Shown: positions 13,483 through 25,103, counted from the stretch's first letter. The stretch: 64,000 nucleotides of DNA from Hemiscyllium ocellatum (GCF_020745735.1 NC_083409.1:13515259-13579258); one strand, 5' to 3'. Numbers and translations: made by a program. The notes: generated from the sequence alone by a model not told the origin.

Positions 13483-13810
13483 AAATACAAATCAAATGCT
13501 GTATGGAATATTTACTTTGCAAACCCTGTGGTATTGTTGTTCTGGGTAGCAAGATCCTGCTGGTCAAATTGATCAATAAAATGCGAACTGAACTGCTTGG
13601 CTCGGGATCTTGCTGTGCTTAAAGGATGTGTTGGTGTTCAGGGGAATTCCCATCAGATTATTGTGTTCCCCATTGCCCCCTCTATTCTCCCCTTCCTGCT
13701 CCATACCTGGGGGTGGGATGGAGCTTTTCACTTCGTACACCTATCCCTGAGGACTCAGCTCTGGCCATTCCCAAAGCACACACAGAGACAGAGTCTGAAT
13801 CTTCTTCATC

Positions 13811-13816
13811 TTTATT
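13811..13816 (-). terminator. Polyadenylation signal AATAAA of C-kappa copy 1
   Basis: TTTATT on the plus strand, about 530 bp downstream of the C stop; conserved at the equivalent position of copy 2 (53429-53434). Confidence 0.7.
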
Positions 13817-14344
13817 CTCTTTTCCAGATTGACATTGACAGAAAACAGTCAGCAATTAACAGCCCAGACAGAGGAAGCTGCACAAATTCACAGCCACAAT
13901 GGAGCTTGAGGAAAACACTTGTGGAGATTTTCTCAATAACATGAGAATCCTGTCCCTTTAAACAGTGACAAAACCTTAAATTGGAACTGGCGGCTGAGCA
14001 GAAAGGAGGTCTGTTTTACTGAAACAGAGACGTTTGAGGTTCACATTGTTTTTGCACAGCTGACAGTCTTTAGCATCTTCGGAGAGGTTTTACTTGACAT
14101 CGCAAGTTAACACTGTCCCCATCAAACACATCCAGGTCAGGGAAAGCATGGGACTAGATAAAGAGTAAAGTTTTCTCTACACTATCCCAACAACCAGCCT
14201 TAACCCCTGAAGCTCAGAAATATCTCCAAGCCAGTCCTGAGAAGGAAGAGAGTTGAAATTCAGTGCTGACAATGACCTTTGACCTGCCAGCTCAGCCCTG
14301 TTCTATTTAAAGTTGTGTCTCCTCTGTGGACTGTCTCAAACACT

Positions 14345-14673
14345 CTACACACATTCTGATCTCCTGATGCTCTTGCTGAGGGGAGAGGGGAGGGTCACGT
14401 GGGTGAGGGCACAGGAGAAGCGAGCGTTGGACTCCCAGTCAGACCCAGAGAGGGTCAGCAGGCTGCTGACACTGTAAGTGCTGTCCGAAGCTCGCAGGTA
14501 GTTGCTGGTCTGAACCCCATCCGAAATGACTGCACCGTCCTTCTTCCACTGCACCTCCAGCTCATCGGGATAGAAGTGATTGGCAAGGCACACCAGGGTG
14601 GCAGTGCCCTTGGCATTGACCTGCTCCAGGGAGGGGAGCAGCAGGGTCAGCTTGGGCTGAGAGTTGTCACGGA
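14345..14673 (-). CDS. IGKC: Ig kappa-type (shark type III/NS4-like) light-chain constant exon, intact
   Basis: Acceptor ttctcttgtctttcAG at 14675-14674. Phase-1 exon of 329 nt reading (I)RDNSQPKLTLLLPSLEQVNAKGTATLVCLANHFYPDELEVQWKKDG...YSVSSLLTLSGSDWESNARFSCALTHVTLPSPLSKSIRRSECV-TAG. Both C1-set cysteines, the tryptophan and the terminal inter-chain cysteine are present. Confidence 0.96.
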
Positions 14674-15300
14674 CTGAAAGACAAGAGAAACAATTTTAAT
14701 CCCTGCCTTTTGAAGGTACATAAACTCTCTGAACATTAACTGCAAAAACGTTTGAACATTTGTACCCAGTACCTAGCAGACCTGACAAAGCACTGGCATT
14801 TTAAAAATTGCTTTTTGGGACGTGTACGGCACTGGCAGAGCCAGTCGCTGCCCATCCCTAATTGTCCTTGAGAAGGTGATGGTGACGCAGCAGAATGATA
14901 AGGTACAGTCCTGGACCACCATTTAAGGAATGAATGTGGGCAGCTGGAAGGGCTATCAATGTGGGAGCATTTTAGTGACAGTGATCGGAACTCAGTGAGA
15001 TTGAGATTAGGGATGGAAATGGAGAACCGTGGAGCAAGTGTAAAAGTTTTGATTTGGGAACAATCCATTTTACCAAACTGTGTGGTAATTTGATAAAAGA
15101 GTACTGGAACCATCGACTTGATGGGAGATCAGTGACAGGGCAGTGGGAGGTCTCCAAGGATGAGACAGGCACAGAGATCATTCAGAATCTTTTCCCAAAA
15201 GAGTAAGAGTGGCACTCCCAAAGAGAGAGTCTCAGCAAAGATGTGAAACTATTGATATGATGTGGAGGCTCTGGTGTCCGACTGGGGTGGACATGTTCAG

Positions 15301-15469
15301 GAGTCACATGACACCAGGTTACAGTTCAACAGGTTTATTTAAAATCACGAGCTTGTGAAACGCTGCTCCATCTTCAGGTGAAGCGACTTCAGTGCTGAAG
15401 GAACAGAGCTCTGAAAGCTTGTGATTTGAAGTAAGCCTGTTGGACTATAACCTGGTGTCATGTGACTTC
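15301..15469. repeat. Hairpin (inverted repeat with arms of about 54 bp) derived from Penelope-type terminal repeat
   Basis: gagtcacatgacaccaggttacagttcaacaggtttatttaaaatcacgagctt (15301-15354) pairs with aagcttgtgatttgaagtaagcctgttggactataacctggtgtcatgtgacttc (15415-15469). Single-arm relatives occur at about 4350-4440 and about 52680-52735. Confidence 0.75.
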
Positions 15470-16779
15470 TGACCTCAAATGAAGCCCCGTTAGCGCACAG
15501 TGAGAGAACTGTGTGCAGTTCTGGTCACCACATTGCAGGAAGGATGTGATCCCCCTAGAGATGGGGACAGTGGAAGATTTTGTCAGGAATGAGGAGTATT
15601 AGCTTTGAGGAATGATTGGTTTGGCTGGGACTAGTTTATTTGGAACACAGGAGGCTGAGGGGAGATTTGATCGATGGTGTGTAAAATGATGAGGGGTTTG
15701 GATAGAGTGGGTAGGAAGGACTGATTTCCATCAGCACAGAGGGCAATAACCATGGGGAGAGATTGAAATGAATTGGGGGCAGGGTTCGAGGCGAGTTGAG
15801 GAGTAATTGTTTCACCCAGTGGCTGGTGGGATCAGGACCTCACTAGCTGAAAGGGTGAGAGCGGCAGAAACCCTCATCACATTGAAAAAACACTTGGATA
15901 TTCACTTGAAACACCAAAGCCTCCAGAGCTATGGAGCAAGAGCTGGTATGTGGGGTGGAGTTCGACACCTCTTTAACAAACCTCTGATCACTCACAGCTC
16001 GGGAGAACTTTATCCAACAATATTGGAGCAGAGTTGGATCAGCACACTTCAGGAAGGAGTCACGTTGGGTGTCCATGTAGAACGTTCTAGATTTTGTTTC
16101 AAATCTTCCAGCTCAGCGCTGGGGTAAGGTCAAATGTGAGGGTGCAAAGAGTCTCAGTGTCCCGGGATCAGACAGTGTCACTGCTCTTAATGATCCCATG
16201 TTCCCTGGAAGATGGAAGCGTGTATCCAACGGGCAAGGGTCAGGTTCAGGAGACTCCAACCACAAAGAAAGACTTGCATTTATGTTGCACCTGCCTCCAC
16301 CTAAGGATGTCGCAGTGGCTCTTTCCATCAGACTGTGCTCAGCAAGATCCCAGAGAGCTGGGTGACAATGAGGCGAGGATCCGATTTTTAGTGATGCTCA
16401 TTAGGGAATCAATATTGACCAGGACACCAGGAGACACCGTCCTGCTGTCTGTCTAATAGAGCCATGGAATGGCATCTCTGATATCTGAAAGGCTCCCAGT
16501 GCATCAAAAGAGAGACTTGTATGTCAGGCTCTCCCAAAGCATTTACAGAGAGTGAGGGACTTGTCTGGACACTGGTCACTGTTGTAATGCAGAAAACACA
16601 ATTTGTACACAGCAATATCGCGCAATCGTAAATGAGATTATGAAGCATGTTCAGTGATGTTTCAGGGATAAATATTGACCTGAAGTCAACTCAAAGAGAA
16701 AGCAAATGGGTTCACTTGCACAGAACGTGAGAAAATGAAAGGCACAGGAGAAAGTGGGAGTCGTGGTTAGTGATGGGTT

Positions 16780-18270
16780 TGATTGTTACCAGAAAATAAA
16801 AGGAAGGATCAGAATTTGTGAATGTCATATTGTAACAAGGCAATACAGACAGTAGAAATAACCTAAAGTCTTTGTATGATAACGCATTCGGAATAAGGTA
16901 GACAGAGTGATGCCACAAGTTGAGGTTCCCAAAGACTTTAAAATCATTAAAGTGAGGCAGGGCTCAGGAGACGTTAGTAAAGTTTCCAGAATAATTAATA
17001 GGACATAGATTATGGAAAGGGTCAGAAAATTAATTTTAGGCACAGTGCATAAGGGGACAACTATGAAAAGGAGGGTAGTCAATGCAGGACTGAGGGTGTT
17101 GTACCTGAATGCAGGGAGTATCCGAAATGAGGTAAATGAGCTTGTAGCGCAGATTGGAATTGGCAGGTATGATGTTTTGAGTATCACATAGACCTGGCTG
17201 TAAGGGGTTGAGGGCTGGGAATGAAATACTCAAGGATGCACATCCGATTGACAGGACATGCTGATGGGCAGATGGGGGTGGGGTTACCTTCTTGGTAAGA
17301 AATGAAATGAGATCAATCACAAGAAGGGATTTAGAGTTGGAATGCATTCAATCTGTGTGGGTAGAGTTGAGGAGTTGCAAGGGAGAAAGAGCATGATGAG
17401 AACTTAGCACAGGACCCCCCAGCAGCAGTCAGGATATGAGGAAGAAAATAAATCAGGTGATAGAGAAGGCCCTGCTATAATAGTCATGAGGGACTTCAAT
17501 ATGCAGGGAGACTGGAAAATTAAGTTGTTTGGGGATCTCAAGGGTAGGAATTAATGGAATGCTTACGACATGGTTTTTGGAGCAGCTTGTGGTAGAGATC
17601 ACTATGGAACAGGCAATTCTGGATTGGGTGATGTGTATTGAAGCAGACCTGATTAGGGAACTTAGGGTAAAGGAGTCCCTTGGGGGCATTGACCGTAATA
17701 TGACAGAATTCACCCTGCAGTTTGTGACAGAGAATCTGGAGTCAGTTGTACCGGTAATGCAATTAACTTAAGGTAACTACAAAGACATGGGGGAGGAGCT
17801 GGCCAGAGCTGGTAAGAAAGGAAGCTGAGCATAAGAGAGAATGGAGCAGCAATGGTAGGAATTTCTGGGGGTAATTTGGGAGGCAGAGCAGGAATTTAAC
17901 CCAAGGAAGAAGAAAGGTACTGAGTGGAGGCCAAGGCAACCATGGCTGATGAGGGAAGTCAGGGTCAGCATAAAAGCAAAAGAAAAAACATGCAATGTGG
18001 TGAAGATTATTGGGAAGCCGGAGGATTGGGAAGCCTTTAAAAAACAGGAGAGAGTAACTAAAAAAAAGGTAAGGATGGGTGTGTAAATAAAATATAAGGG
18101 TCAGCGAGTTAGTAACATAAAAGAGTATTGCAAGAGGTTTTCTTTAGATATATGAAAGGCAAGAGGGAGTCAATAATAGAAATTGTACCACTGGAAAAGG
18201 CAGAAGTAGTAATGGGGAACAAAGAAATGGTGGAAAAAGTGCATCGGTGCCTTAAATCAGCTTTCACAGT
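16780..18270 (+). mobile_element. CR1 ORF2 N-terminal (APE endonuclease) fragment
   Basis: Remnants of LYLNAGSIRNEV...YDVLSIT*TWL and MTTWFLEQLVVEITMEQAILDWV (ORF 17529-17771). Confidence 0.8.
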
Positions 18271-18272
18271 AG

Positions 18273-18887
18273 TGTGGCAATGCTGCTCATTTCACAAGTT
18301 TGAGTTGTCCTTGGATTTTTTTTTCAAGAGGGGTTGTAAAGGCAGAGGTTCCAATTTGTCTGGGTTAGGGACTTTGCTCATGTCTAACAGATACTGCCTA
18401 AGGCAACAGTCAGGGAAAAGGCTTTTAGGTTTTATATTAAACACTTGTCCAATAAAAGGAGAGTGGCCAGTTCTTCCAGTTTGCTGTTTTTGACAAACAG
18501 TCGGTTGGAAGCTCCTGGATAAAGAAAGCTGCTGGTGAGAAAGGTTCCCCAATTCAACATTTTCCAGTGGACTCACTGTCTGAAATTCCTCTCCTGTAAG
18601 AACCCCTGTGTTTATCTTTACCTTTTTGCCAAGGCTATTACAGCAAATTGGAACAACTCTTTGTCAAGTTACATTTTTTCGTCAGTTAGGTTTTCAAATA
18701 GTTAAGTTATTCTAAATTCTGTTTTCTTTTGATTGTAAATAAATACTCTTCTCCTTCAAGCTGAGTGGTTTGGCCAGTTGTATCATTCCTGGAATATCCA
18801 GGTTACATTTGCTGAACACAATTCGAAAAGGTAAGGTCTGGGCTGCATTCTTAAAATGTTTTGAAGGGTCTGGCCTGGCCCATAACA
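18273..18887. mobile_element. Probable solo LTR (615 bp, TG...CA)
   Basis: Non-LINE block interrupting a CR1. It begins TGTGGC, ends ggcctggcccatAACA and contains AATAAA. No target-site duplication could be confirmed because a CR1 tail abuts the right end. Confidence 0.45.
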
Positions 18888-18889
18888 AT

Positions 18890-20340
18890 GTCACAGAGTC
18901 CTACAGCATGGAGACAGGCCATTTGGACCAAACTGGTCCATGCCAACCAAAATGTCCATTTACGCTAATCCTACACTTGGCCCATATCCTTCTGAATCCT
19001 TTCCTTTGCTGTATTTGTCCAAATGCCTTTTAAATGTTATTAATGTACCCACCTCAACCACTTCCACTGGCAGCTCATTCCATATGCGAACAATCCTATG
19101 TGTAAAAAGGTTGCCCCTCAGGTTCCCTTTTATTCTTTCCCCTCTAACCTTAAACTGATGCGCTCTAGCTCATATTCGCAAACCTTGGGGAAAAGACCGA
19201 GTGAATTCACCCTATCCATGCCTCTCATGATCTTATGAGGTCCTCCCTCAGTCTCCTACACTCTAAAGAAAAAAGTACTCTCCCTTTAACCCAAACGATT
19301 GAATCCTGGCAACATGCTTGCAAATTTCTTCTGCACTCTTTCCAGTTTAATAACATCCTTCCTGGAACAAGGTGACCAAAACTGAACACAATATTCCAAG
19401 TGTGGCTTCATCAGTGTCCTGCATAACTGCAACATAACTTCCCAACATCTGTAGTCAATGCTCTGACTGATGAAGGGCACTGCAGAAAAAGCTCTCTTCT
19501 CTGCTCTATTTACTGTGACTCCATTTTCAGAGAACTGCTTATCTGAATTCTAAGGACCCTCTGTTCCATTATATTCCTTAAGGTCCTATCATTCACCATG
19601 AAACTCCTACCTTGCTTTAAATTTCCAAAATACAAGACCTCACATTTGTCTGTATTAAACTCTATTTGTCATTTCTCGGCCCACTTCCCCAGCTGAGCAA
19701 GGTCCTGCTGCAATTTCTGATAACTGTCCGCACTGTCCACAATGCTGCTTATTTGAGTGTCATCAGCAAACTCACTAACCATGCCTTGTACATTCTCATC
19801 CAAAACATTGTTATAGATAACAAACAGCAATGGGCTCAGCACTGAACACTGAGGCACACCACTAGTCACAGGCCTCCAGTACAATAAGGATTCTTCCCCT
19901 ATTACCCTGTGCTTTCTACCATCAAGCCAATCGTGTATCCAATTTGCCAGGTCACCTTGGATTCCATGCGATCTAACCTTCCATAACAGCCTACCATGTG
20001 GAACCTTATCAAAGGCCTCACTGAAATCCATATAGACCACGTCTACCATCCTGCCCTCATCAACCTTCCTGGTAAATTCATCAAAGTACCTTAACAAATT
20101 TGTGAGGCATATTCTCCCACTCACAAAGTCATGCTGACAACTCCTAATCAAATTCACTCTTTCCAAATGCATGTGTACCTTATCTTATCAAACAACTTAC
20201 CCACCACAAATGTTAAGCTTATAATTCCCAGGCATTTGTTTCTCAGCCCTTTTTGAACAATGGCACAATCTTCGCTATCCTCCAGTCTTCTGGCACCTCA
20301 CCTGTGGCTAACCATGATGCTTAAATATCAGCCAGTACAC
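18890..20340 (-). mobile_element. CR1 RT to 3' end
   Basis: ORF 19669-20172 (VYMDFSEAFDKVPHGRL, SEFADDTQI), ORF 19286-19480 and a terminal tail at about 18890. Confidence 0.88.
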
Positions 20341-20349
20341 CTGACCTTC

Positions 20350-21990
20350 AAGAGAGTTGGGAGCAAAAGTGAGTGGAAAGGGCATCACTAAGGTGGAGGG
20401 GTTGAGGCAGCTGAAAGGTCTGAAGGTGGATAAATCATTCAGACCCGATGGACTACACTCCAGAGTTCTGATGGAGATAGCTAAGGTAATTGTAGGGCCA
20501 TTGGCTGTGATCTTTCAGAAATCACTGGAGTCAGGAGTGGTCCCAGAAGACTGGAAAATAGTGAATGTAACATCCCTGTTTAAGAAAGGAGGGAGGCAGA
20601 GATGGGACATTATAAGCTGGTTAGCCTGACCTCGGTCATTGGTAAGATTTTAGAGGTCTATCTAAGGGTGAGATTGCAGGTATTTGGAATCTCACCCTTA
20701 AGTCTGGTAAAATTGCAGCCTGGCAAAATTGGGCTGAGTCAGCACAGCTTCATCAAAGGGAGACATGCCTGATAAATCTGTTAGAAATCTTTGAGGAGGT
20801 AACAAGTGAGTTAGACAAAGGAGAGCCAGTGGATGTGATCCATTTGGATTTCCATCAGGCCTTTGACAGGGTACAATAAAGGAGACTGCTTAGTCAAATC
20901 AGAGCCCATGCTGTCAGGAGCAAGGCACTGCGAATTGTAGAGGATTGGCTGGCCGGCACAAAGGCGAGAGTAGGGACAAAGGGATTTTTTTCTGGATGGC
21001 TGGTGGTGCTTTGTGGTGATCCTCAGGGATCTGTGTTGGGACCACAACTATTCACATTATCCATTAACAATCTGGATAAGGAACTGAAGATATTGTTCAT
21101 ATGTTTGTAGATGACACAAAAATTGGTGAAAGGACAGGTGGAGTTGAGGAAGTGGGGGAGATTGCAGAAGGACTTGGTCAGGCTGGGAGAATGTACAAAG
21201 AAGTGGCAGGTGGAGTACAATGCGGGGACTTGTGAGGCTAGATACTTTGGTGGGAAGAATAGAGACACAGAATGTTTTCTAAGTGAGGAAAGATTTCAGA
21301 AATCTGAAGCACAAAGAGAATTGGGAGTCCTTGCTCAAGTTTCTCTGAAGGTTAACGTGCAGATTCACCATTGGCTGTTTGAAAGGCAGTTACAATGTTA
21401 GCATTAACTTTAACGTCAGAGGTGTACTGCTGCGTTTGTATAAGTCTGTAATCAGACCACATTTGGAATTTTGGTCTCCTTATTAAGGAAGGATGTGCTG
21501 TCATTGGAGAGGGTCCAGAGGAAAAAGAGAGAAAGAATAAGAATACTCCTGGGAATGAAGGGGGTGTCATATAAAGAGTGGTTGAGGATTCTGGATCTGT
21601 ATACAATTGTGTTTAGAAAGATGACGGAGGAATCTTATTGAAACTACAGAATATTGAGAGGCCTGGAGAACATGGAGAAGGTGTTTCCACGAATAGAAGA
21701 AACTCGGGCCCAAAGGCAAAGCCTCAGAGTGAAGAATGATCCGTCAGAACTGAGGTAAGGAGGCATTTCTTCAGCCACAGGGTGGTGAATCTGCGGAACT
21801 CATTGTCACAGAGGTCTATGGATGCCAAGATGTTGAGAGTATTTAAAACAGAGACAGATCGGTTCTTGATCAGTAAGGAGATCAAAAGTTAAAAGGAGAA
21901 TGGGGTTGAGAAACACATCACACAAGATCAAATGGCAGAGCAGACTCTCTTGTGACTGGCCCAATTCTGCTCCTATATCTTAAGTATTTT
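20350..21990 (+). mobile_element. CR1 RT to 3' end
   Basis: ORFs 20357-20629 (KVDKSFRPDGLHSRVL) and 21111-21401, with a CR1 3' UTR. Confidence 0.85.
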
Positions 21991-22035
21991 GGGTTTATGT
22001 AGAGGTTCCTTGAATCCCTGGAAAACTGGAAGTAC

Positions 22036-22350
22036 AGTCACTTAGTGGTTAGCCCTGCTGCCTCACAGCGCTATGGGCCCAGGTTTGATTGTAGCCTCGG
22101 GCGTCTGTCTGTGTGGAGTTTGCATGTTCTCCCTGTGCCTGTGTGGGTTTCCTCCGGGTGCTCTGGCTTCCTCCCACAGTCCAAAGCTGTGCAGGTTCGG
22201 TGAATTGGCCATGCTAAATTGCCCATAGTGCAGGTTAGGTACATTAGTCAGGAGTAAATGGACGTTAAAAAGGTAGGGGAATGGGTCTGGGTGGGTTACT
22301 GTTCGGAGGGTCAGCGTGGACTTGTTGGACCAAATGGCCTGTTTCCATAC
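22036..22350 (+). mobile_element. HE1-like V-SINE, near full length
   Basis: tRNA-like head, V-domain (gtgtggagtttgcatgttctccc...gggtttcctccgggtgctc...ttcctcccacagtccaaag) and a CR1-like 3' tail. Confidence 0.88.
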
Positions 22351-22379
22351 TGTAGGAATTCTGTGATTGTATGGACATT

Positions 22380-23520
22380 GGAAGTACTGGTTTGTGGGCC
22401 CTGCTGTTGCTGTTTCTCAAAAGAACTTTGACAAAAGATAATCAGGGATTGGTGAGAGTGAGCATCAGGTTGCATGAGGGAACTGCTTGTCCTGCTTCCT
22501 GGAATACCATGAGTACAGGAAGTGTGGTCAGTGACAGCAGTTGGAACTCCGGGTTTCGGAGCTTGAGCAGCAGCTGGTGTCAGTGAGGAACGTCCGTGAG
22601 GCTGAGAGCTCCGTAGAGAGCACGTTTCTAGATGTGGTCACTCTGCAGTTTCAGAGTATGCAGGGAGAGAGGGAATGGGGGAGCAGCAGACAGTCCAAAA
22701 GGACCAGGCAGCTAGTACAGGAATCCCATGAGTGCATCCCACTCTCCAACCAGGATTCAGTTTGGAATCCTGATCAGAATGATGGTTCATCTGGGCAGTG
22801 CAGCCAGAGCCAAGTCCCTGCCACCATGGGGGGCTCAGCTGTACACGGGGGGCACAAGGAAGACTGGAAGAGCAATAGTGAGAGGAGATTCGAGAGTGAG
22901 GGCATCAATAGGTGTTTCTGCAGCTGCAGATGAGAATCCAGGATGGTGTGTTGTCTCCCTGGTGCCAGGGTGAAGGATGTCACTGAGCGACTGCAGAGCA
23001 CCCTGAGGGGAGAGGGGGAACAGGCAGCAGTCGTGGTCCACATCGGTCCCAGTGACAGTGGGAGAAAAGGGATGTGGTCCTCCAGTCAGAATTTAGGGAG
23101 TTCCAGAGGGAATTAGCAGCAGGAGCTCAAAAGTAGGAATCTCCAAGATTACCCCCAGTGCCCCACACAACTGAGAATAGAAAGAGGAGGATAGCACAGG
23201 TGACGGTGGAACTGAAAAGACAGTCCAGGAGGAAGGTCTTTCGATTATTTTAACATTGGGACTGGCTTTGGGGGGAGATGGACATGTACAGACCAGACGG
23301 GTTGCTCCTGAACAGACCTGGGACTGAGTTCCTTTGGGGTGATTTACTCGTGCTGTTGGAGAGGGTTTAAACTATCTTGGCCTGTGGGATCCAGGAGCTA
23401 ATACCAGAGAGGAACACAGAGGTGCACAGAATCCTGGGAGAGATAGATAGCACCAGAATAAGGAATAGAACTTCTGACCCAGTTTCAGAGTGAGGGAGAG
23501 AGAGTAATAAATTCTAAATC
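22380..23520 (+). mobile_element. CR1 ORF1 (coiled coil plus SGNH esterase-like domain), decayed
   Basis: ELRVSELEQQL (ORF 22541), GRAIVRGDSRVR and VCCLPGARVKDVTERL...VVVHIG, and HWDWLWGRWDMYRPDGLLLNR in mixed frames. Confidence 0.8.
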
Positions 23521-23659
23521 AGGGTCACTGTGTAAGGATGGGTCTGCACGGAGTGTTGGGAATAAGACTGGGAAGGTACAGCCACAGAGTGTTAAGTGGA
23601 AATCTGATGTGTGTCTCTCACATCGGAAGATAAGGTAATAAGAACATTAGAAATAGGAG

Positions 23660-24150
23660 CAGGAGTGGGCTATCTGACCCATTGAGGATGAGGGATGTTA
23701 GTTATGAAGATAGACCGAAGACGTTGGGACTGTTTTCCTCAGAGAAGAGAAGGCAGAGGGGAGATTTGATTGAGAAATTCAAAATCAGGAGGGGTCTGAA
23801 CAGAGTAAACTAGGAGAAAATGTTCCCACCTGAGAAAGAATTGAGAGGGAGAGGCCATGGATTGAAAATAATTAGTAAAAGAGGCAAAAGTGAGATGAGT
23901 GCGAAACATTTTCAGCCAGTGGGTGGTTAAGGTGTGGAATGCACTGCCTGAGAGTGTGGTGGAGGCAGCTTCAATTGAAACATTCTGAAGGGAATGAGAC
24001 TGTTATTTGAAAAGGAACAATGTGCAGGATGACAGGGAGAAGGCAGGAGAATGACACTCAGTGAATTGCTCATTCGGAGAGCCGGTCCAGACAGGATGGG
24101 TGGAACGGCCTCCGTGTACACTGTAACAATTCTGTGATTGTGTGATTGAG
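23660..24150 (+). mobile_element. CR1 3'-end fragment
   Basis: CR1 terminal coding remnant (gagaagagaaggcagaggggagatttgattgag) and a (TGTGAT)n-like tail. Confidence 0.7.
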
Positions 24151-24192
24151 CAGAGTTAAAGCTGGGGGAGGTGGGAGCTCGGTGTCTCACTG

Positions 24193-24194
<2 letters not shown>

Positions 24195-24227
<33 letters not shown>
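24195..24227. repeat. (CTG)11 microsatellite
   Basis: Read directly from the sequence. Confidence 0.95.
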
Positions 24228-24588
24228 AGGTCAGTGAGATCAGGGACTGGGACAGGGAGCCAGAGCTCACATCAAACTCTGCCCCGTGTCCGTCACACTG
24301 AGACTGGCAGGAGGCTACTCACTGATTTCACTCCATGCTGCAGGAATGGGACCACAGGCTGCAAATGGACAGAGCTCCTCCACATGGTGAGTAAAGCTGA
24401 CTGACTTATATCTTGCTGCTTAAGCAGGGCAATAGGACGACAGAAATACAGCTGGACACCCTGTTAGACACAGTGCTCCTCAATCATTCACTGCAGCTCC
24501 CCACTAACACCTGCATCAATTCAGCATTTGTGATTTAGAAAGTTTCAGTATTGAAAGGGTTAATAACGGAGGATTGAGGTTTACTTAC

Positions 24589-24917
24589 TCAGTCTGAGCT
24601 TGGTTCCTTTACCGAACGTTAAGGCCAGCTGTAATCCTGCATACAGTAATAGTCAGCGACATCCTCATTCTGAATGTTGCTGATTGTCAGGGTGAAACTG
24701 GTCCCTGATCCACTGCCGGTGAATCGATCGGAGACTCCTGTGAATCGATTTGTTGCAGCATAGATCAGGAGAGAGGGTTTCTGACCTTCTCGCTGCTGGT
24801 ACCAGGAAAGCTCATTGTTAACTGATTGACTGGCCGTACAGGTGATGGTTGCGGTCTGGCTCAGTCCCACTGACCGCACCGGGGGAGACTGAGTCATGAT
24901 GATGTCCCTACTGATAC
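24589..24917 (-). pseudogene. IGKV-J: Pre-joined Ig kappa V-J exon, out of frame, with a stop codon at the junction
   Basis: Acceptor ccctcAG at 24919-24918. Reads (G)[101 protein letters not shown], then in a shifted frame ACG TTC GGT AAA GGA ACC AAG CTC AGA CTG A (TFGKGTKLRL) and GTAAGT. No heptamer or nonamer lies between V and J. The 329-nt length is incompatible with phase 1/1 (it needs 327 or 330). Confidence 0.94.
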
Positions 24918-25103
24918 CTGAGGGATCAGAGAGAAACACAGTGAAGTCAGAACTGTCACAGAAAGAGCCGGTCAAATGAGAGATTGTTGGAGACACTGAG
25001 CATTCCTCTGGTTTCAGCATTTTCCCATCAATCACAAGTCAGTGGAATTGGAGTGAAATGGAGAGCAGCTAAAGATTCAAGGTGGAAGGAGAGAGATTTG
25101 TAC

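Larger units (their letters stand above)
14674..24588 (-). other. J-C intron (9915 bp), mostly transposon-derived
   Basis: GTAAGT donor at 24588-24583 directly after J and AG acceptor at 14675-14674; the phases match (1/1). Confidence 0.9.

Noticed and set aside
14345-14593. 82-aa ORF as a stand-alone gene
   Set aside because: It is the internal part of the C exon, opened at a non-ATG codon. The exon starts at the acceptor at 14673.
22036-22110. tRNA gene
   Set aside because: It is the tRNA-derived head of an HE1-like SINE, continuous with the V-domain and LINE tail. The same applies at 13375 and 42632.
24188-24194. Heptamer CACTGTG near J
   Set aside because: No nonamer at canonical spacing; it lies in the intron beside the CTG repeat.
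24171-24404. Signal-peptide-like poly-Leu ORF
   Set aside because: An artefact of the (CTG)11 repeat. The ER/SL-repeat ORFs at 50625-50953 likewise come from (GA)n.
24589-24660. Lambda5-like J-C-only protein translated in the J frame
   Set aside because: The J frame has a TGA about 12 codons upstream and no ATG or evident acceptor in between.
24918-25035. N-terminal 40 aa of ORF 24619-25035 ([11 protein letters not shown]...)
   Set aside because: This is read-through of the leader intron. The real N-terminus is the spliced leader exon at 25152-25104.
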